From a virus, in IMG/VR virus record IMGVR_UViG_3300025154_000065, positions 22,772-86,771 of that record: a stretch of DNA of 64,000 nucleotides; one strand, given 5' to 3'. Both the position numbers and the translations under genes were made by a program. Below, in pieces: positions 58,999 through 64,000 of this stretch. Each line of letters begins with the position of its first letter. The first letter of the stretch is position 1. The notes under the pieces were generated by a model. That model saw only the letters and a list, made by a program, of their open reading frames with translations. It made no database searches and had not been told where the DNA came from.

Positions 58999-59514
58999 AT
59001 GAGGGCTTATCACATAGTTACTGGACGTATTTCTTCAGTAGTATCTATTGATTTTGAACGAGAGACTGCTTTATTAAGATTTAATGAAGATCTTGAAGAC
59101 GTAGATAATGTAAAGAATTTATTTCCATCTCGTGAAAATGTACCATGTAGTAAATTGGTTATTATGAATAAGACGAATTCAGTTGTAATGTGTAGTGGCT
59201 GTAACAAAGAAGTTGAGTTGTATGAATATGATGTATTGAAAATAAAATATCGGGATTATATTACCAACGAAGAAAGAAATGCTTTTGGTATTGTTGCGTT
59301 AGATGAAGTTTATGGAATTTCTTTAGATTTTCCACAATATGAGACTTCCATTTCATTATCAGATGATGAAATTACCGAAATAATACATCTTGGCACGGCA
59401 TTTGATAAAAATGTTATCAAACAAATAAAAGATAAAAAACTTGTAGAAATAATAAAAGAATGGAAGAAGGAAGAAGTTAAAGAGTGTGCAAAAATTCTTC
59501 AATTTTCTAATTAG
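58999..59514 (+). CDS. YopX-like protein
   Basis: GGAGGAG RBS before MRAYH; M..T...ELYEYDVL...IIHLG pattern. Confidence 0.55.
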   Translation: MRAYHIVTGRISSVVSIDFERETALLRFNEDLEDVDNVKNLFPSRENVPCSKLVIMNKTNSVVMCSGCNKEVELYEYDVLKIKYRDYITNEERNAFGIVALDEVYGISLDFPQYETSISLSDDEITEIIHLGTAFDKNVIKQIKDKKLVEIIKEWKKEEVKECAKILQFSN

Positions 59515-59895
59515 GAAAAATTATGGAATTTAAAAGAGTGATTGATTTGCAAGAATTCAAAATAATGGATTTGCAAGAATTTATTGAAATAGGATACCTT
59601 CAAGAAGCAAATAGACAATTCTTTCATCCATTGGGATTAGAACTTTCCATCTGTTTTGATGATAATGAATATGGAGAATTATTTATAATTGATGATAGAA
59701 ATAATCCAGAAGGAAGAAAATATCCAGAACTTTCTGATGAAGATTCGTTTAAAAAGAATGCAAATATTTTGGATATAACACGAAAGAAATTCCCTATAAG
59801 AATTAGAAATATTTGCTATCTTATTCAACCAATTATTCCTCCAATATCAAATCCCATTCCTGAGAAATACAGAGAACTCGTAAAAAGGGTTATGA

Positions 59896-60609
59896 ATGTT
59901 AGTGAATAATTGGAATGGGATAATTGACGAAAAATTAATTACTCTATTGGAAAGATGGATAGAGAGGCGACTTATTAAAATGAATGCAAAGAGTGCATTT
60001 CTACCAAAAGAAGGCACTAGATGTATTTTCAGTAAAAGATATAATAAATTGGGTCAAGCAATATTTAATATTGAAATAAAAGAAGGTCTTGAATTTGGAA
60101 GAAGCACAGCACAACATCAATTGGATAATATTGATGAATTTGGTCATTTATTCATAACAAAAATGACTGATTTTGAACAAACTATAATAATTGCCAATGC
60201 AGATCCAATGGATGAATTCATAGATAGAAATTGTTGGAAGATTTTTTTAAAAGATTTAGGATTTGGCAAGCAGATTCACTTTGAAAAGTCATTATTAGAA
60301 GCTATGTATAAATTACAGACATTGGCTGTTGAAATAGGATTGATAAAAAACATGAAAGAATTAAATAAAGGATTGGTAGAGAATTGGGATAATATTGCTG
60401 AAGAACTTGGAGTTAGTGTTCCTACGGCAGTAAAATGGGCAGAAGATAAAGAATTGAATTTGCCTATTGTTAAGATAAGAGGTAAAGTCTATCTTATTAA
60501 AGGTAAGATGGATGAATTTTGGGAAAAACTCCTTAATACTCATCAATATTCTGGCACTAAGGAGAAGGCAAGAGGAAGTGATGTAAAGTGTGAATGCGGT
60601 GAATTTTAG
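59896..60609 (+). CDS. protein with C-terminal HTH, candidate late regulator
   Basis: WDNIAEELGVSVPTAVKW...LPI. Confidence 0.6.
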   Translation: MLVNNWNGIIDEKLITLLERWIERRLIKMNAKSAFLPKEGTRCIFSKRYNKLGQAIFNIEIKEGLEFGRSTAQHQLDNIDEFGHLFITKMTDFEQTIIIANADPMDEFIDRNCWKIFLKDLGFGKQIHFEKSLLEAMYKLQTLAVEIGLIKNMKELNKGLVENWDNIAEELGVSVPTAVKWAEDKELNLPIVKIRGKVYLIKGKMDEFWEKLLNTHQYSGTKEKARGSDVKCECGEF

Positions 60610-60690
60610 AAGACTATTATGCCTTTGTAGTTTTTGGTTAATTTTTAGTTTTTTTTAGTATTTTTAGGTCAACTTTTTGCATTTCACCTA

Positions 60691-60718
60691 TTGACATCCA
60701 TGAATATCTAGTTAGAAT
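60691..60718 (+). promoter_or_regulatory. late-operon promoter
   Basis: TTGACA-N16-TAGAAT. Confidence 0.75.
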
Positions 60719-60750
60719 CATTACACTTAGTTTTCCTATCTACATTAATC

Positions 60751-60780
60751 AGACGGACCTAAAAAGTCCGTCTTTTTATT
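60751..60780 (+). terminator. intrinsic terminator in the leader of the terminase operon
   Basis: AGACGGAC-CTAAAAA-GTCCGTCT-TTTTATT. Confidence 0.8.
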
Positions 60781-60796
60781 TCTCAGGGAAAGAAAT

Positions 60797-61543
60797 ATGG
60801 AAGAATTTGTTGAAGAACAGGAAGATCAACCTATCTTTAGGAGAAGTTGGGAAGGACAAGATAGGATTGATGTTGCTATTGATGAATGTCCACATCGTCC
60901 TGCCAATCCTGATAAAGTTTTATCTCCTGCCAGAAAGAAATTTGTTCGTAAATATGTAGAACAAATGATGCCAGAAGAACCTGTTCTTGCTGCAAGAGAT
61001 GCTGGTTTTAAAAATCCATATCAAGATGGATATACTCTTCTTAGAAATCCTGATGTAAGATATCAAATAGAACAACAAAGAGAAGAAATTCTTGAAGAAG
61101 TAAATAAACAAATAGGTCCAAATGATGATAGATATGCCGTTAATCAAGCTAATGTAATTCGTGAAATAGCTAGAATGGCATACTCTGATATTACAGATTA
61201 TTATGATTTTGAAACAGGTGAGAGTGCCCTTGGCCCTGGTCAAAAACTCACTAGAGATCAAACTGCCGCAATAAATACCGTCATATTTAAAGAAATAAAA
61301 ATGGCTGACGGTTCTGTCAAAATGAAGCCCACCAAAGTTCAATTGTACGACAAGACAAAAGCACTTGATATGTTAGGAAGATTTCTTGGCATATTTGAGA
61401 AAGATAATAAGCAACGTGCTTATGGTGCAACAATTGAAGATGTCCTTCGTGCATTGCCTCCTGAGATATCAAAGATCGTTCGTGCTGGTTTGACAAGATC
61501 AGCAGGCGAGAAAATTCTTCTTTCAAGAGATACAAAACATTAA
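60797..61543 (+). CDS. terS: terminase small subunit
   Basis: LS..RKKFV..Y, AARDAGF, LLRNPDV, VIREIARMAYSDI, DKTKALDMLGRFLGIF. Confidence 0.88.
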   Translation: MEEFVEEQEDQPIFRRSWEGQDRIDVAIDECPHRPANPDKVLSPARKKFVRKYVEQMMPEEPVLAARDAGFKNPYQDGYTLLRNPDVRYQIEQQREEILEEVNKQIGPNDDRYAVNQANVIREIARMAYSDITDYYDFETGESALGPGQKLTRDQTAAINTVIFKEIKMADGSVKMKPTKVQLYDKTKALDMLGRFLGIFEKDNKQRAYGATIEDVLRALPPEISKIVRAGLTRSAGEKILLSRDTKH

Positions 61544-61546
61544 TAT

Positions 61547-63199
61547 ATGTACGGTGATGATTTAAATCTTGATTTTGATGAGACACAATGCGCTGAAATG
61601 GCTCAATGTGTTCTTGATAGTATTTTAGAAATTTATCCTGAAGATGCTCGTCTTCAATGGATGGACAGATTTAAGTATCTTAGATATCAAGAAGATCCTG
61701 TAGGTTTTGGCGAAGACATCTTAGGTGAATATTATACCGAAGATGTCAAAAAAATGATGGAATCGGTAAGAGATTACCCCGAAACTGTTGCTATTTCATG
61801 CACGGGAAGTGGAAAGTCGTTCAGTTCTGCCTCAATTGCTATCTGGTTCTATAAATGTTTTCCAGAGGCTAAAGTTTATACATTGGCAGCACCACCTGAA
61901 GATAACTTAAAAAATATTCTTTGGGGAGAGTTAAATAAAAAAACAACTAAGAATTCTCAAATATTTGATGGTGATGTTGCAAATGTAATGCATATTAAAA
62001 GAGTAGATGCTCCTTGGTCATTCATTACTGGATTGACTATTCCTCAATCAGGAACAGAAGAAGATCGCAAGAGTAAATTCTCAGGAAAGCATAGTTCCAA
62101 CATGCTTTTCATAGTTGATGAAGGTGATGCCGTTCCTGATGAAGTTTATTCTGGAATAGATGGCTGTATGTCGGGTGGTCATGCTAGAATGCTTATCATG
62201 TTTAATCCAAAGAAACAATCTGGTGCAGTATATAGAAAGATAAGGGATGAACGGGCTAATGTTGTGCATCTCAGTGCTTTCAGCCATCCTAATGTTATTA
62301 CAGGTAGAGAAGTTATACCCGGTGCAGTTGACAGGCAAGTTACAGTAAGACGTATTAATGAAGAAACAGCACCATTACTTCCTGGAGAAGAACCAGATAA
62401 TAATTGTTTTGAAGTTCCTCCATTTTTAGTTGGTGCTATAGCATTAAATAATAAAAAGAAGCCATATCCTCCATTAAGACCTGGGTGGAGGAAGATAAAG
62501 ACAACAGAATTTCACTATAAAGTTCTTGGTAGATATCCACCTAAAGGATCAAATCAACTTATTGAACGAGAATGGGTTGATGCTGCAAGAACTAGATGGG
62601 ATTTATATGTTGCCGCGAATGGTGAAATTCCTCCTGTTGGGGTTCGCCCGATACTTGGATTGGATGTTGCAGACCTCGGAGATGATAGCAATACACTTTG
62701 TTCTCGCTATGGTGGTTGGATACCTCATCTTGATGTATGGAATGGAATAGATACAAATGCAACTGCTGATAGAGTTGCGCCAATAGCATTAAGTCAACGT
62801 GCTTTAGTTGTAAATGTAGATTCAAATGGTGTTGGTGCTGGTGTTGCCCCCGCTCTAAGAAAGCATGGCGTTAAAGCATCACGAATAATGGTTACAGAAA
62901 AACCAACAAAGGAAATAAAAGACGAAGATAAAAAATGTGAGTTTTTAATCCTTCGTGATCAGCTTTGTTGGGAATTTAGAGAATGGCTTCGTCTTGATAA
63001 TACAGCAATGCTTCCTCCTGATGATGATTTGATTGATGAAATTGAAGCGTTCTCTTATGAAGAGATTCGTGGTAAGATATCAGTAACTTCTACACAGGAA
63101 ATAAAAAAGAAGGTTGGTAGATCACCAGATAGATTCATGTCAATTATCTTTACATTTGCTCCTAAAATTCCAGGCCCTCGTGCTAGATCATTAGGATAA
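61547..63199 (+). CDS. terL: terminase large subunit
   Basis: TGSGKS, IVDEGD, FNP, GLDVADLGDD, GRSPDR. Confidence 0.93.
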   Translation: MYGDDLNLDFDETQCAEMAQCVLDSILEIYPEDARLQWMDRFKYLRYQEDPVGFGEDILGEYYTEDVKKMMESVRDYPETVAISCTGSGKSFSSASIAIWFYKCFPEAKVYTLAAPPEDNLKNILWGELNKKTTKNSQIFDGDVANVMHIKRVDAPWSFITGLTIPQSGTEEDRKSKFSGKHSSNMLFIVDEGDAVPDEVYSGIDGCMSGGHARMLIMFNPKKQSGAVYRKIRDERANVVHLSAFSHPNVITGREVIPGAVDRQVTVRRINEETAPLLPGEEPDNNCFEVPPFLVGAIALNNKKKPYPPLRPGWRKIKTTEFHYKVLGRYPPKGSNQLIEREWVDAARTRWDLYVAANGEIPPVGVRPILGLDVADLGDDSNTLCSRYGGWIPHLDVWNGIDTNATADRVAPIALSQRALVVNVDSNGVGAGVAPALRKHGVKASRIMVTEKPTKEIKDEDKKCEFLILRDQLCWEFREWLRLDNTAMLPPDDDLIDEIEAFSYEEIRGKISVTSTQEIKKKVGRSPDRFMSIIFTFAPKIPGPRARSLG

Positions 63200-63226
63200 A
63201 ACTATTTTAATATATAAGGATAGCCA

Positions 63227-63436
63227 TTGGAATGGATAAAACTATTCGAGGTTCCTGGCTTACTTCTGGCTGCCGGTGTAATTTGGATGTTATTCCGATT
63301 ATTATCCCGGATCGTGGATCAGGAATCCGAACGTCTGCATCAACGGACGGAAGAGAGAGCATTGATGGCGGAAATGGCTACAATGCTTCGTCAATTATGC
63401 AGGGCAGATCGGGGGAAAGAGGAGCGAAATCTATGA
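63227..63436 (+). CDS. small single-TM protein, holin-like
   Basis: GLLLAAGVIWMLF followed by a charged coil. Confidence 0.5.
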   Translation: MEWIKLFEVPGLLLAAGVIWMLFRLLSRIVDQESERLHQRTEERALMAEMATMLRQLCRADRGKEERNL

Positions 63437-63624
63437 AATGGATTCGCACCTTTATAGATATATGGAGTGGTGATTTTTGGAAAGAAGAACGTGAAAGATC
63501 TCGTGAAGTTTTAGAAGATACACGAAGAGTTATTAATGAGAGCCGAGCAATGTTAGATGGTGAAGATGATTGGTTGATTCCATTGGAGAGGAGAAGGCGA
63601 TATTGTGACTACCCAAAGAAATAA
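63433..63624 (+). CDS. small hypothetical protein (start MKWIRTF)
   Basis: GAGGAG RBS and ATGA overlap. Confidence 0.55.
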   Translation: MKWIRTFIDIWSGDFWKEERERSREVLEDTRRVINESRAMLDGEDDWLIPLERRRRYCDYPKK

Positions 63625-64000
63625 ATCGGTTTTAAATGGATACCGAATTGCTTTCTTTTGGGCCGTATCCAGTGGGATCGTGGGCGCTATAACAATAATT
63701 GATTATTACAAAATAGCCGACGCGCTTCTGCTTTATCATGGGATCATCGCCGGGATTTGCCTTATTTGCGCCGTCATGTTCGCGGACTGGTGGCGGGTCA
63801 AGGGTTCGGCATCCAGCATCTTCAAGTGGATCACGGTGCTGCTTTTCGCAATCGGCGTCAATCAATGTGTTCGGTTCATTTCTCAGTGGGTGATGATATA
63901 CGAGCCATGCTTCTACGATGAGTTCATCTGTTCCAGGTTCTTGGTTTGGCAGTTGGTCCCGCTCCTCGTGGCGATGGTATACCTGCTCTCGTTCGCCATT
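63605..64000 (+). CDS. multi-pass membrane protein, truncated by the window end
   Basis: GTG start; open for 132 codons: MTTQRNKSVLNGYRIAFFWAVSSGIVGAITII... with about 4 hydrophobic segments. Confidence 0.65.
   Translation, partial: MTTQRNKSVLNGYRIAFFWAVSSGIVGAITIIDYYKIADALLLYHGIIAGICLICAVMFADWWRVKGSASSIFKWITVLLFAIGVNQCVRFISQWVMIYEPCFYDEFICSRFLVWQLVPLLVAMVYLLSFAI

Overview
This is a 64-kb fragment of a large, AT-rich tailed dsDNA phage, in genetic code 11 (TAG and TGA are used as ordinary stops). Positions 1-58.9 kb run almost entirely on the minus strand. They hold a bacterial-type replication set (DnaX-like clamp loader, DnaN-like clamp, primase, DnaB helicase, initiator with iteron-like repeats, NAD ligase, two SF2 helicases), DNA-modification and anti-restriction genes (Mom-like, N4/N6 and C5 methyltransferases, radical SAMs, ArdC) and many small early genes. 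The plus strand from 58.9 kb carries regulators, both terminase subunits and membrane proteins. The standout is an apparent operon at 8.6-11.8 kb: promoter, five RNA elements sharing one new two-stem internal-loop motif (four fused to tRNA parts in different, partly circularly permuted topologies), an HNH nuclease, tRNA-Pro, a TROVE/Ro60-like vWA protein, a coiled-coil protein and a terminator. I read it as a candidate new Ro/Y-like RNP system. Other notable signals are a Hel308/Ski2-like helicase split into two genes 4.4 kb apart, a dual-frame two-subunit C5 methyltransferase, repeated structured intergenic RNA elements, helically phased GC patches, and several point lesions that may be sequencing errors. 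All calls come from motif reading by eye; no database searches were run.
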